From an uncultured Candidatus Saccharibacteria bacterium (GTDB lineage: Bacteria > Patescibacteriota > Minisyncoccia > Phycocordibacterales > UBA5272), in NCBI GenBank assembly GCA_964517625.1, contig CAZFBW010000003.1, positions 46,107 to 110,106 of the forward strand: a stretch of DNA of 64,000 nucleotides, given 5' to 3'. The position numbers were made by a program, and so were the translations under genes. Position 1 is the first letter of the stretch. Every line of letters begins with the position of its first letter. Below, one piece after another: positions 27,510 to 37,866 of this stretch. A model generated the notes under the pieces. The model was not told the origin of the DNA. It did no database searches and saw nothing but the letters and a program-made list of their open reading frames with translations.

Positions 27510-29411
27510 ATGTTTAATGTTAAACGCATAGAAGAAAATCCAATCCTTTCACCAAAAGAAGATCACCCCTGGGAAGCACTGGCATCATTTAATGGAAGTC
27601 CCGTGGTTGGAGATGATGGAAGTACTTACCTTGTTTATCGTGCCATGTCTCACCCAGACTTACTTGATGAAAAACACCTAAGTATTTCTGTTGTTGGTCG
27701 AGCGGTAAGTAAAGACGGTGTGCATTTTAGTGCACGACACCCCTTTATTGTTCCTGAACACGACTTCGAGCGTTTCGGCTGTGAAGATCCACGTATTACG
27801 AAACTAGATGGAAAGTACTATACCTTCTATACAGGGATTTCGGAATACCCATTTGTTCCTGAGGGAATTAGGGTCGCGGTTGCAATCAGTAGAAACCTGC
27901 AAACGGTTGATGAAAAACACCTTGTAACAACATTTAATGCCAAGGCGATGTCACTTTTCCCAGAAAAAATTAACGGTAAGTTTGTTGCACTTTTAACACC
28001 AAACACAGATCTCCCACCCTCAGAAATTGCCATTGCATATTTTGATAAGGAGGAGGACATGTGGTCAGAAAACTACTGGAATGAATGGTACAAACACCTT
28101 AAACAACACATTATTCCTCTCCGCAGAAGAGAAGATGACCAGGTAGAACTTGGGGCTCAACCACTTAAAACAAAAGACGGCTGGTTGGTTATATATTCGC
28201 ACATTTTGCATTATACCGATCAAAACAGGAGAGTGTTTGGTATTGAAGCAGTGTTGCTTGATTTGGAAAACCCACAAAAAATTCTCGGCAGAACGGCCCG
28301 ATCTTTTTTAACTCCAGAAGCGTATTACGAAACAACAGGAATGATTCCACGCGTTGTGTTCCCGTCAGGCGCTCTCATTAAGGGAGACTATGTTGAGCTT
28401 TACTACGGAGGAGCAGACACGCATTGTGCAAAGGCCAAGATTCACTTACCGCACCTACTCTCTGTTTTGAAGGGGGAGACACATCTTTTTGATCGTGCGA
28501 AAGAAAATCCAATTCTTGCTCCTCGTGAAGGAAAGGGGTGGGAAGCGCTTGGTGTTTTTAATCCAGCAGCGATTGATATTGATGGTACGGTACATATTTA
28601 TTATCGTGCAGCAACCGCGACAAATGTTTCAACATTAGGACACGCAACTTCTCGTGACGGGATTCACATTGATTCAAGAACAGACGAACCAATTTATCAA
28701 GCACGCACCGAAGAGGAAGGAATTGGTAGGACAGAATATGCTGGTTGTGAAGATCCGCGCATTGTTCGCATCGATGATAGGCTATACATGACATATACGG
28801 GCTATAATGGTAAACAACCACGCGTCTCCTTAAGTTCTATTTCTGTTGATGACTTTAAGGAAAATAGGTACGACAAATGGTCATTACCTATTGCAATTTC
28901 TCCCATAGGCGCTGATGATAAAGACGCTTGCCTTATCCCGAAGAAATTTAAAAATGGATATTTGGTATTTCACAGAATTGCTCACCATTTGTGTGCTGAT
29001 TATGTAGAAACACTAGATTTCACAAAAGAGCGATTGAACCAGTGTATTGATGTTTTTGGTCCACGTCCGGGTATGTGGGATGGACTTAAGGTTGGTATTG
29101 CTGGACCTCCGCTTGAAACAGAAAAAGGGTGGCTTCTTTTCTATCACGGTATTTCTGAGCTTGGAGAATATCGCATGGGGGCTGTGCTTTTGGACAGTGA
29201 AGACCCAACGATTGTTATTGGCCGTACAGCGAGCCCACTTTTTGAACCAGAAGAAAAATACGAAAAAGAAGGAATTGTTCCAAATGTTGTTTTCCCGTGT
29301 GGAAACATTGTTCGTGGAGATACGGTCTATATTTACTATGGTGGTGCCGACTATGTTGTTGGTGTCGCAACCGCCTCACTTCATAGATTACTCGATATTC
29401 TCACCCACTAA
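27510..29411 (+). CDS. Tandem-duplicated GH130 protein (two complete GH130 domains in one 633-aa polypeptide)
   Basis: Two copies of ENPIL..P......WE....FN..; FPEKINGKF / IPKKFKNGY; YYGGAD x2. Confidence 0.7.
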   Translation: MFNVKRIEENPILSPKEDHPWEALASFNGSPVVGDDGSTYLVYRAMSHPDLLDEKHLSISVVGRAVSKDGVHFSARHPFIVPEHDFERFGCEDPRITKLDGKYYTFYTGISEYPFVPEGIRVAVAISRNLQTVDEKHLVTTFNAKAMSLFPEKINGKFVALLTPNTDLPPSEIAIAYFDKEEDMWSENYWNEWYKHLKQHIIPLRRREDDQVELGAQPLKTKDGWLVIYSHILHYTDQNRRVFGIEAVLLDLENPQKILGRTARSFLTPEAYYETTGMIPRVVFPSGALIKGDYVELYYGGADTHCAKAKIHLPHLLSVLKGETHLFDRAKENPILAPREGKGWEALGVFNPAAIDIDGTVHIYYRAATATNVSTLGHATSRDGIHIDSRTDEPIYQARTEEEGIGRTEYAGCEDPRIVRIDDRLYMTYTGYNGKQPRVSLSSISVDDFKENRYDKWSLPIAISPIGADDKDACLIPKKFKNGYLVFHRIAHHLCADYVETLDFTKERLNQCIDVFGPRPGMWDGLKVGIAGPPLETEKGWLLFYHGISELGEYRMGAVLLDSEDPTIVIGRTASPLFEPEEKYEKEGIVPNVVFPCGNIVRGDTVYIYYGGADYVVGVATASLHRLLDILTH

Positions 29412-29432
29412 TCTCCTGTATACTGACTATCT

Positions 29433-30182
29433 ATGCCGATTATCCCGAAAAAACTCATCATGTTTGATCTTGATGGTACGCTCGCCATCAGCAAACAACC
29501 ACTCGATGAAGAAATGGCCGAGTTATTAAGAAAGTTATTAGACCGTTACAAGGTTGCAATTATTTCAGGAGGAGCACTTCCTCAATTTCAGAAACAAATC
29601 CTTGGACCACTTAATGCGACGAAAGAACAACTTAATAACTTTATTCTTATGCCGACAACATCGGCAAATATTTACATTCACGAACAAGGGGAATTGAAGC
29701 ACGTTTTTGCGGAACTTCTCACCGAAGAAGAAAAGAAAAAAATCTTTGAACACTTAAATGAAGCAATAGAATTATTCAAACTTCGCCCAGAAACACAGTA
29801 TGGTGAACTGATTGAAGACAGGGGAACACAAGTTTCGTATTCGGCGCTCGGGCAGAAGGCCCCACCTGAGGTAAAAGCGGTATGGGATCCAACAGGGGCT
29901 AGACGAGTAGAAGTTATTGCTTACCTTAAGCCGTTTCTTCCTGGTTTTTCAATACGAAGTGGTGGAGGAACAACAATTGACATTACTCACGAAGGAATAG
30001 ATAAGGCTCACGGTGTTCATCAAGCAATGAAAATTCTTAATATTACACTCTCTGATATTGTCTTTGTTGGTGATGCTCTCTATCCAGGAGGAAATGACGA
30101 GGCGGCAAAATCAACAGGGGTTGATTGTGTAGAGGTAAAAACAGTGGACGATACAAAAAACTACATTAGAAGTATTCTCTAA
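29433..30182 (+). CDS. HAD-IIB hydrolase, eukaryotic-type phosphomannomutase-like
   Basis: FDLDGTL motif I; GGGTTIDITHEGIDKAHGV resembles PMM sfDVfP.GWDK. Confidence 0.5.
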   Translation: MPIIPKKLIMFDLDGTLAISKQPLDEEMAELLRKLLDRYKVAIISGGALPQFQKQILGPLNATKEQLNNFILMPTTSANIYIHEQGELKHVFAELLTEEEKKKIFEHLNEAIELFKLRPETQYGELIEDRGTQVSYSALGQKAPPEVKAVWDPTGARRVEVIAYLKPFLPGFSIRSGGGTTIDITHEGIDKAHGVHQAMKILNITLSDIVFVGDALYPGGNDEAAKSTGVDCVEVKTVDDTKNYIRSIL

Positions 30183-30188
30183 CTAATA

Positions 30189-30782
30189 TTAACGCTTGTA
30201 GTGCGGGGTAAGCGTTTTGTAGATATATCCACAAGCAAGTGCTGTTACTGGAAGAGTGACTAAGAATCCGACACCAAGCGCGAGAAGCCCTAGGAGGTTA
30301 AGTACTGCAGCTACAACACCAAACAAGAAAAGGTTCCAAAAATTACCCTCCGTAATAGCAAATATTTCTTTAAGTGATTCAGCAATTGTTTTGTGTTCGT
30401 GTTCAATGACGTAGTATGGGTAAAACATAAAACGAATAGCAAGATAAATACCCGGAAGGACGAGGAGTAGTAATCCCACAAGGGTTATGAGGTAGATAAT
30501 CACCGAAAGAACGAGTATTCGCAAGGGTTTTTTGTATGTTGCAAAATATTTTGTTAGATCATGGAATTTCGGCGTCTTGTTGTGGATAATCGTCAAAATA
30601 ACAGATGAAAAAGCAAGTGTTACAAATGTATTTACAATATAGCTAAGTATAGGGACATCATTAAAAATACCCATAATCACCAAAAGGATTACCATGGAAA
30701 GGAGCAAAAACCAGGCATGTTCCTTAGTTTTCTCCCATCCTTTAAATAAAACATCACTGATAGTAAATGTGTGTGTTGTCAT
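30189..30782 (-). CDS. Integral membrane protein, DUF975-like
   Basis: FKGWEKTKEHAW N-terminus then 5-6 TM. Confidence 0.35.
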   Translation of the reverse strand: MTTHTFTISDVLFKGWEKTKEHAWFLLLSMVILLVIMGIFNDVPILSYIVNTFVTLAFSSVILTIIHNKTPKFHDLTKYFATYKKPLRILVLSVIIYLITLVGLLLLVLPGIYLAIRFMFYPYYVIEHEHKTIAESLKEIFAITEGNFWNLFLFGVVAAVLNLLGLLALGVGFLVTLPVTALACGYIYKTLTPHYKR

Positions 30783-30846
30783 ATGTATATGAGTATAGCA
30801 ATGATATGCAATTTTTTGCTATACTGAAGTGGTAATCATAAGAATT

Positions 30847-31212
30847 ATGCACATCACAATCACGGGAGTACATTTGGAAGTTACAGACGCAATCAGAAAC
30901 TATACACTTGAGAAAATAGGAACACTCGAGAAGTATATTTCAAAAAATGATTCAGGGGCTCGAATAGAAGTGGAACTTTCTAAAACAACGCACCACCACA
31001 CTCATGGCGATGTGTTTCAGGCAGAAGCAAATCTACACATTCGTGGCAAGATTTCTTCTATTCGTACGAAGCAAGACGATTTGTATAAGGCGATTGATAC
31101 GCTTAAGGATATGCTCGCTCGTGAGCTTGCAACACATAAGGATAAGGAACGCTCAATTGTTAGACGGGGTGCATATAAAGTTAAGCAACTATTAAAAAGG
31201 ATAATTAATTAG
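30847..31212 (+). CDS. hpf: Ribosome hibernation-promoting factor / RaiA family
   Basis: [30 protein letters not shown]...[20 protein letters not shown]. Confidence 0.75.
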   Translation: MHITITGVHLEVTDAIRNYTLEKIGTLEKYISKNDSGARIEVELSKTTHHHTHGDVFQAEANLHIRGKISSIRTKQDDLYKAIDTLKDMLARELATHKDKERSIVRRGAYKVKQLLKRIIN

Positions 31213-31222
31213 AAGGTTTATT

Positions 31223-31930
31223 ATGGAGAATGATGTCAAATTAACATACGGAGTTATTGCGGGACTTGTTGTTGTTCTTGCCGTGCTTGCTTTTTTCTTG
31301 CAAGGAAATTTAACCGGACTGGAAATGGGTGGAGAAACACAAGCAAGTACATCTCAAAACACAACAGTTAAGCCAAAAAACAATACAACAACACCAAAAG
31401 CGACATCAACTAACGCAACGACAACTATGACAACACCAGAACAGTATTCGAAAGCAGTTATTACTACAAACAAAGGCGTAATAGAAATCACTTTTGCAAC
31501 GGATACGCCAATGACAGTAGAGAATTTTGTGAAACTCGCATCATCTGGATTTTATGATGGTACAAGGTTCCATCGCGTTATCAATGATTTTATGATTCAA
31601 GGTGGTGACCCACTCTCTAAAGACATTACAAAGAAAAATATGTGGGGCACAGGCGGTCCTGGATATTCCTTTAAAGACGAGGTTCACCCAGAAACTGATA
31701 AGATGGTGCGTGGTGTTATGGCAATGGCAAATGCTGGGCCAAACACAAACGGTAGTCAGTTCTTTATTGTGACTGCTCAAGCGGGCGCATCATGGCTTGT
31801 TGGTAAGCATACGATTTTTGGTAACGTCACAAAAGGAATGGATGTCGCGCTTCTTATTCAGAATGTTCAAGTGGACGGCGCAAGTAGACCACTTCAGGAT
31901 ATTGTTGTTGAGAAAGTAGAAATTCAGTAA
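31223..31930 (+). CDS. ppiB: Cyclophilin-type peptidyl-prolyl isomerase with N-terminal TM anchor and Thr-rich linker
   Basis: [15 protein letters not shown]; [12 protein letters not shown]; [15 protein letters not shown]; HTIFGNV. Confidence 0.8.
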   Translation: MENDVKLTYGVIAGLVVVLAVLAFFLQGNLTGLEMGGETQASTSQNTTVKPKNNTTTPKATSTNATTTMTTPEQYSKAVITTNKGVIEITFATDTPMTVENFVKLASSGFYDGTRFHRVINDFMIQGGDPLSKDITKKNMWGTGGPGYSFKDEVHPETDKMVRGVMAMANAGPNTNGSQFFIVTAQAGASWLVGKHTIFGNVTKGMDVALLIQNVQVDGASRPLQDIVVEKVEIQ

Positions 31931-31934
31931 AAGT

Positions 31935-31976
31935 ACATGTAAAAAACCGCTCAGATCTGAGCGGTTTTTTACATGT
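31935..31976. terminator. Long perfect palindrome ACATGTAAAAAACCGCTCAGA|TCTGAGCGGTTTTTTACATGT
   Basis: 21-bp arms; between ppiase(+) and fmt(-). Confidence 0.8.
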
Positions 31977-32844
31977 ATCCTCGCTTGAAAGTTTCAAAGT
32001 CCATTTTCGCCTTGCTTTCAGGGATGACTTCTAAAATAACATCTTTTGCTGTTCCGCCAACGATGTGTGCAGACAAATCAACAAGGGCGACTTTTACGCG
32101 AACTTGTTTGTCATTGTGAGTATGAAAAAAATACAATCCTGGCCAGGGAGTAAGTGCGCGGAACTTTCTCTGTATTTCGTCTGCCGAAGTCTCAAGCGTA
32201 ATTTCTCCCAAAGTTTTTTCAATTTTTTTACAAAACGTTGCTCGCGTATGATCTTGTTCTTTTGGAATAAGGGCGCCTAGAAGAAAGTGTGGCAAACTTT
32301 GCACGAGTAAGTCACCACCTAATTGCCCACAAGTTACTTCCATCGTACCTGCAGTTGCTTCTCCATCAATCATAAACGCTGACTGTGCAAGAATTGGACC
32401 ATGGTCCATTTCACTATCAAGTTTGATAATAGAAACACCTGTTGTCATGGCACCGTCTAGTAATGCGCTTTCAATTGGAGAGGCGCCACGATACAAAGGA
32501 AGAAGTGATGGGTGAACATTTAAGAATCCATGCTTTGGAAGTGAAAGAAGATTCTCGGGAATAATTTTTCCATAGGAAGCTACAATGGCTACGTCAAATG
32601 TTTCCGTAAAAAGGGGAGAGTTGTCCGGAAGATCTCGAAGCGTCTCTGGTTGATACACAGGAATATGTTTCATCTCACACCAGGTCTTTATATGAGGGGC
32701 TGTTATCTGCATGTGTCTGCCTTGAGGAGCGTCAGGTTTGGTTACGACAAGTGACGGAGTAAATCCTTCACGCACAAGGGTTGCAAGCACACTCTCTGCA
32801 AGTGGACCTGTTCCAAAGAAAACAAAATGAATAGGTGAAGACAT
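31969..32844 (-). CDS. fmt: Methionyl-tRNA formyltransferase
   Basis: FFGTGPLAESVLATL...N.HPSLLP.YRG..PI; downstream of def. Confidence 0.8.
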   Translation of the reverse strand: MSSPIHFVFFGTGPLAESVLATLVREGFTPSLVVTKPDAPQGRHMQITAPHIKTWCEMKHIPVYQPETLRDLPDNSPLFTETFDVAIVASYGKIIPENLLSLPKHGFLNVHPSLLPLYRGASPIESALLDGAMTTGVSIIKLDSEMDHGPILAQSAFMIDGEATAGTMEVTCGQLGGDLLVQSLPHFLLGALIPKEQDHTRATFCKKIEKTLGEITLETSADEIQRKFRALTPWPGLYFFHTHNDKQVRVKVALVDLSAHIVGGTAKDVILEVIPESKAKMDFETFKRGYM

Positions 32845-32845
32845 A

Positions 32846-33391
32846 TTATTTCTTGTTCATTTTTTTCTCCGCATCTTTCACTTCTTTTTCAGTAAATTCT
32901 TCAAGTTCAAATCCGTGATCAATAAAAAGAATCCCTTCCAGGTGGTCAATCTCGTGTTGAAAAATTTGTGCTAAAAGTCCAGATGCACCAAATGAAAACT
33001 TGACTCCTTTTTCGTCGTAGGCTTCTATCGTTGCAGAAACCGCACGTTTGGTTTTACCATAAATCCACCTGACGGAAAGACACCCTTCTTGCATTTCTTC
33101 TTGTTTTTTTGAAATTTTTGTAAGTGTCGGATTGATGAATACAAGCGGTTTCCATTTTGCTTCTTTTTTGTATGCAGATGGTGCAATGACAAATATTCGC
33201 TTTGAAATACCGATTTGTGGCGCAGCAAGTGCAACACCATCACTTTCTTGTGCAAGAGAGTCTTGCATTGTTTTTATTGTTGCAAGCAGTTCCTTGCTTC
33301 CAAACTCACTTTTCTTGACTGGGGAGGCAATTGCCCGAAGCGGATTTTCCTTGTCTTTGTCAATTTGGACTATTTCTCCTCGTTTTTTCAT
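32846..33391 (-). CDS. def: Peptide deformylase
   Basis: GVALAAPQIG; EGCLS; QHEIDHLEG. Confidence 0.85.
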   Translation of the reverse strand: MKKRGEIVQIDKDKENPLRAIASPVKKSEFGSKELLATIKTMQDSLAQESDGVALAAPQIGISKRIFVIAPSAYKKEAKWKPLVFINPTLTKISKKQEEMQEGCLSVRWIYGKTKRAVSATIEAYDEKGVKFSFGASGLLAQIFQHEIDHLEGILFIDHGFELEEFTEKEVKDAEKKMNKK

Positions 33392-33432
33392 AGCACTACT
33401 GTATCATATTTTTGTAAAGCCGGGTATGGTGA

Positions 33433-35298
33433 TTATTGTATAAAAAAATGAAGCGGGTTTACTTGAGGGTGTCCATCACCTAAAACGTATTTTACTTTTT
33501 CACGAAGTTCCTTGTCGTTTGACCAGGTTGCTTCCTTAATATGGATGAAAAGAAGGGTAATACCTTTGCCCGCCTCAAACCATTCAAGCACATATGGTTC
33601 AAGCGCTTGCTCCAGTTTTGTTTTCATTTCTTCGGAAAGATTTTCAAATGAGGCTTTGATGACGGTGTAGTATGGTGGTAACAAAGCTTCTTCGCGGTCA
33701 CGAAGCATGTCTTGGTATACCGTAACATAGGAACTTGCTTGTAAATGTCTGATTACTGGCATTTTTTTCAAGCGTGTCTGTAGGATGAGTCGTCCGTCAT
33801 GGTCTTGTGTTTGTTTTACTTTTTCAGCAAGCTCTGTGACGAGCGTCATAATTTTTTCATCGGTTCTATATTCAGGTAAAGCAAAAAGAGAGTCGAGCGA
33901 TAAAATTGTTGCTCCGTCGCATTCGTACAATAAGTTGTGTGCCATTTCTGTTCCGATTAAAACCCCAAACGGTGCTTGTTGCCACTCTTTATACACTTTT
34001 TTTGCTTTGGTTTTTGTGTTGGTTCGTTCGCTATCAATGACAAAAAGTGGAATGTGTAATCGAGATAACTCTTCTTCAATACCTGTTGTCGCGATCCCAA
34101 GCGTGTGCATTCGCCATCCTCCACAGTATCTGCATGAAAGTGCGGTATCTTCGGTAACAGAGACTAGATGTTCGCATCCATGACAAACATAGGTGCGTAC
34201 ACCACCTATTTTGTGGAGCACGTATGGCCGATTGCAGTTTGGACAAGCAAAGACGGTTCCACAGTCTCCGCATACAGTTGTTGGGTACATGCCTTTGCGA
34301 TGAGCATAAAGAAAGTAGTGACCTTTTTTATGTTTTTTCATCTCATGCAAAAGCATAAGTGTCTTGCGCGAAAGGTATGGTGAGGCAGACTGATTTTCAT
34401 CATGCATAGCAACGATATCAAGCGGAGCATCGTTTCTTGAGTGAAGAGGCATGACCTCATGCGCTTCATGCTTTTTATGGAGAAGGTGTGCTTCAAGAGA
34501 GAGCATGTGTGATCCGCGAATAAGAGGAAGGTTTGTTTCTTTGGCGAGGTTTACAAGAACGGTACGCATGTCGTACCCAAGGTCCCCGTGGGTAAAATAG
34601 TATTGGCTATGTTCTCGCTCTATAATGACCAACCCTAAATCATTGCGTATCCAGGGAATAAGTGATGGTGTACTTAAGATAATAATCGGATGTTTTTCTT
34701 CCTTAATTTTGGAAAGTGAGAGAGAGGCCTGTTTATCAGAGAGTCCGCTATGAAAAGGAACAACGTAGTCTTCAATGCCAAAAGAAAGGTGGGATTGAAT
34801 GTGTTCAATATCAGAAATGGTTGGGAAGAACATGACGAGCGATTGTTTTTTTGCAAACATTTCTCGTATGGTTGATTTGTATCTGGTGATTCTATCCCTG
34901 TATGGTTGCTGGAGGAGAAGGTTTTCAAATCCACGTGTTTCTTTTGGTGTGGCAAAAACAACATCAGATGAAAATACTTTTTCTGGGACTAAATCATAGA
35001 TACTTTTTCCAAGCGGTAAGAGTTGGTATGAAGCGCTGTAGGCAAGTGCCTTCCAAAGCAGGGCGTCAATGTACGAGCGTTTAATGACGCGGTTAATTTT
35101 TTTAACACTAAACGTTGCATGGCGAAGCGACTGCTTTTCTTCTTTTGCTGGCACAGATGAGAGAACGAGAGCGCGACACACTCTTTTTTTAATGGTGATA
35201 GCAACAAGGTCGCCGGGACTAAGTTCCTCTTTTGAAAAATATGAAAGTTCTTCGTAGGGGATTCCAGAGACAAGTGGAGCCACAGAGAGAATATACAT
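33433..35298 (-). CDS. priA: Primosomal protein N' (PriA) homolog with degenerate ATPase motifs
   Basis: Collinear with PriA core (PTISD..HSGLSD...IILSTPSLIP..NLGLVIIEREH) and Cys4 zinc module CGDCG..CPNC..CHGCEH..CRYCGG. Walker A position reads LLLQQPYRDRITRY and DEEH reads EREH. Confidence 0.65.
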   Translation of the reverse strand: MYILSVAPLVSGIPYEELSYFSKEELSPGDLVAITIKKRVCRALVLSSVPAKEEKQSLRHATFSVKKINRVIKRSYIDALLWKALAYSASYQLLPLGKSIYDLVPEKVFSSDVVFATPKETRGFENLLLQQPYRDRITRYKSTIREMFAKKQSLVMFFPTISDIEHIQSHLSFGIEDYVVPFHSGLSDKQASLSLSKIKEEKHPIIILSTPSLIPWIRNDLGLVIIEREHSQYYFTHGDLGYDMRTVLVNLAKETNLPLIRGSHMLSLEAHLLHKKHEAHEVMPLHSRNDAPLDIVAMHDENQSASPYLSRKTLMLLHEMKKHKKGHYFLYAHRKGMYPTTVCGDCGTVFACPNCNRPYVLHKIGGVRTYVCHGCEHLVSVTEDTALSCRYCGGWRMHTLGIATTGIEEELSRLHIPLFVIDSERTNTKTKAKKVYKEWQQAPFGVLIGTEMAHNLLYECDGATILSLDSLFALPEYRTDEKIMTLVTELAEKVKQTQDHDGRLILQTRLKKMPVIRHLQASSYVTVYQDMLRDREEALLPPYYTVIKASFENLSEEMKTKLEQALEPYVLEWFEAGKGITLLFIHIKEATWSNDKELREKVKYVLGDGHPQVNPLHFFIQ

Positions 35299-35381
35299 GG
35301 TCTTTAGTATACAGTAAAAATACCAAGAAAAATACGAGGAATTTTTTATGATAATCTTAAAAAAACCTTATAAAACAATGT

Positions 35382-35408
35382 TTGTTTAGTAAAAATGTGT
35401 GCTATAAT
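35382..35408 (+). promoter_or_regulatory. Putative mreB promoter with extended -10 (TGTGCTATAAT) only 9 nt before ATG (near-leaderless)
   Basis: TATAAT at 35403-35408; TTGTTT -35-like upstream. Confidence 0.3.
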
Positions 35409-35417
35409 GGACCAACT

Positions 35418-36431
35418 ATGGGATTTTTTTCACAAAAACTTGGTATCGATTTGGGAACCGCAAACACGCTCGTGTATGTTCCAAAGAGAGGTGTTGTGTT
35501 GGTCGAGCCCTCTGTTGTTGCAGTTTCAGAATTTGATAATCGTATTTTAGCGGTTGGAAATGAAGCAAAAGACATGATTGGAAAAACGCCAGATTCAATT
35601 GTTGCTTACCGACCAATGCGTGATGGCGTGATTGCTGATTATCGCGTAACGGAAGCAATGCTTCGCTACTACATCAACAAAGCGCTTCGTGGTTTTAATA
35701 TTTTTAAACCAGACGTAATGATTTCTGTGCCCGCAGGAGTTACATCAACCGAACGACGTGCCGTCATTGAAGCGGCGATTAAAGCAGGAGCAAGAAATGC
35801 ATATGTGGTGAAAGAACCAATTTTGGCAGCAATTGGCGCCGGTATTAAAATTCACGAACCACAAGGACGCATGATTGTAGACATTGGAGGCGGAACAACA
35901 GACGTGGCCGTGATTTCACTTGGTGGTATTGTTTGTAGTACGTCAGTAAAGTGTGCAGGAAATAAAATTGACCAAGCAATCGTTGATTATATGAAGAAGA
36001 CATACAACCTTTCCATTGGTGACCAGACAGCGGAAGATATCAAAGTAAATATTGGAAGCGCGCTTCCACTTGAAGAGGAGCTCGTTATGAAAGTTAAGGG
36101 TCGCGATTTTATTGCGGGTCTTCCACGAACAGTTGAAGTAAAGACTAATGAAATTGTGAAAGCAATTGATAAAGAACTTCGCCTCATGATTAAAGCAATT
36201 AAAGATGTGCTTCAAGAAACACCTCCTGAACTTGCATCAGATATTATCGACAACGGTATTATCATGTCTGGCGGTTCATCAATGCTTCGTCATTTTCCTG
36301 ATTTGGTTGAACGTCGTACTGGTGTGAAAGCGGTTCTTGCAGAAGATGCGTTTTATTGTGTTGCTAAAGGAACAGGAATCGCACTTGAACATTTGGATAC
36401 CTATAAGCGAAGTATTTTTACGAAGAAGTAA
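35418..36431 (+). CDS. mreB: Rod shape-determining protein MreB (paralog 1, stand-alone)
   Basis: GIDLGTANTLVYV...; full actin-like fold motifs; ATG 35418. Confidence 0.85.
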   Translation: MGFFSQKLGIDLGTANTLVYVPKRGVVLVEPSVVAVSEFDNRILAVGNEAKDMIGKTPDSIVAYRPMRDGVIADYRVTEAMLRYYINKALRGFNIFKPDVMISVPAGVTSTERRAVIEAAIKAGARNAYVVKEPILAAIGAGIKIHEPQGRMIVDIGGGTTDVAVISLGGIVCSTSVKCAGNKIDQAIVDYMKKTYNLSIGDQTAEDIKVNIGSALPLEEELVMKVKGRDFIAGLPRTVEVKTNEIVKAIDKELRLMIKAIKDVLQETPPELASDIIDNGIIMSGGSSMLRHFPDLVERRTGVKAVLAEDAFYCVAKGTGIALEHLDTYKRSIFTKK

Positions 36432-36467
36432 AAAAGACCTACGATGGATTGCAGGTCTTTGTTTTTT
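36431..36467. terminator. Terminator (AAAGACCT...AGGTCTTT + GTTTTTT)
   Basis: 8-bp stem, T-run. Confidence 0.55.
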
Positions 36468-36487
36468 GGCGAATAAGGTTGCTTTTC

Positions 36488-37099
36488 TTATTCTTTAGTT
36501 ATGCGTTTGAATGGATTACTTTCGAATAACATGCCATGCAGATGCGAATGTTCATGACACATTACTACTGGCATGACTGTTCCCCACACGTTAATGATTC
36601 CTATCCCAACAGAAGGTTTGGTACAACCCTCATACCAACAAATGGGGTTTCTTTTTTGAGAAAAAGAGTCATCTGGTGAAGGCCTCATTTTGTACAGATG
36701 GTGATACAAATCGGGATATACAACCTCAGCCATTTCTTCTATCGCCACGGATTGCTTATCCGCATGAAGCAACTCGCTTAATGGGAGAAATAGATACAGA
36801 TACTTTCCCATAGGTCTATCATTACACACCGAGGGGTGGTCATCGTCAATATACAAGGGAAGCCGGTATCCAGCAGTTTCCGCAATACTCTTGGCTGACT
36901 TTATTTTTATAAGCAACTTCCCAGGCTTGTCGTCTTCTACGAATCCGACGATGGTTCCAAGATATTTTCCTTGACGCTCTTTTTCTCTAACCGTATCACC
37001 GATTTGGAAATATGGTTGAGGTATGTTGGGAAAATCAAGTTGTTTTGGTGTATTGCCAAAAAGTATTGCTGTATCTTGAAAAAGTGTCTCTCTGGTCAT
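36488..37099 (-). CDS. Hypothetical protein (203 aa) with C-terminal Cys/His cluster (CWYEGC...CHEHSH)
   Basis: Long ORF; no family assignment. Confidence 0.45.
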   Translation of the reverse strand: MTRETLFQDTAILFGNTPKQLDFPNIPQPYFQIGDTVREKERQGKYLGTIVGFVEDDKPGKLLIKIKSAKSIAETAGYRLPLYIDDDHPSVCNDRPMGKYLYLFLPLSELLHADKQSVAIEEMAEVVYPDLYHHLYKMRPSPDDSFSQKRNPICWYEGCTKPSVGIGIINVWGTVMPVVMCHEHSHLHGMLFESNPFKRITKE

Positions 37100-37195
37100 C
37101 GCGTGTCTCCGTGTAAAATTTTAAGTACATAGTCTATAAAAACTCTACATGTTTACGACATATTAAGCAAATACGGTATACTTTTCTCATCTTGT

Positions 37196-37858
37196 ATGAG
37201 ACTACACAATCTCCCCCAACATCACGCAATTCTTTTAGTTAACATCAACAGGCAAGAAATTAGTTCTTCTTTATGGGGAGATCTTGGGAGTGCTCCATCG
37301 ATGCATAAATACGTGAATCAGGCGGTGCTCGACATCCACACTGTGCGTGAACTCATCGTGTGGGCACATACTCCATACCACGAAGAAAGAGTAGCAATTG
37401 TTTCTTTTCATACAGCAACGCTTCCTGCACAAAATGCGATGCTTAAAATTCTCGAAGAGCCTGGAGAAAAAGTTCGCTTCATTCTCATCACATCAAATAA
37501 GGAACACTTACTTGAAACTGTCATTTCTCGCACACGTCTTATCACGCCTCAAGACGTATCGCAGGTAAACGTATTTGCGAAAGAATTTCTTGAAACAAAA
37601 CCAGCACTACGTTTTAAATTAAAAGGAGTGACGGCATTGCTTGCCCAAGAAGACGAGGAGGGGAGAAAAGACAGAGAAGCTGTTCGTTCATTTATTGTAA
37701 GCCTTGTCGACGTTCTCGCAACTGATAAAAAAATCCCTAAAAAATATATTAAAGAAACACTTGAAATGGCGTCGTATGCAGGCGACCCTTCGGTAACAGT
37801 TAAATTTATCATTGAATACCTTTCTCTTTTATTGCCAAGATGTGATACTATTTCATAA
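37196..37858 (+). CDS. holB: DNA polymerase III delta' subunit-like (clamp-loader AAA+ lid lacking Walker A)
   Basis: AQNAMLKILEEPGEKVRFILITSN...LLETVISRTRL matches delta' sensor/SRC region. Confidence 0.5.
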   Translation: MRLHNLPQHHAILLVNINRQEISSSLWGDLGSAPSMHKYVNQAVLDIHTVRELIVWAHTPYHEERVAIVSFHTATLPAQNAMLKILEEPGEKVRFILITSNKEHLLETVISRTRLITPQDVSQVNVFAKEFLETKPALRFKLKGVTALLAQEDEEGRKDREAVRSFIVSLVDVLATDKKIPKKYIKETLEMASYAGDPSVTVKFIIEYLSLLLPRCDTIS

Positions 37859-37866
37859 ATACACAT

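Noticed and set aside
26409-29529. Alternative-frame track ORFs inside the GH130 genes (e.g. 26409-26834, 27165-27506, 29047-29529)
   Set aside because: Overlap well-supported GH130 reading frames; no RBSs
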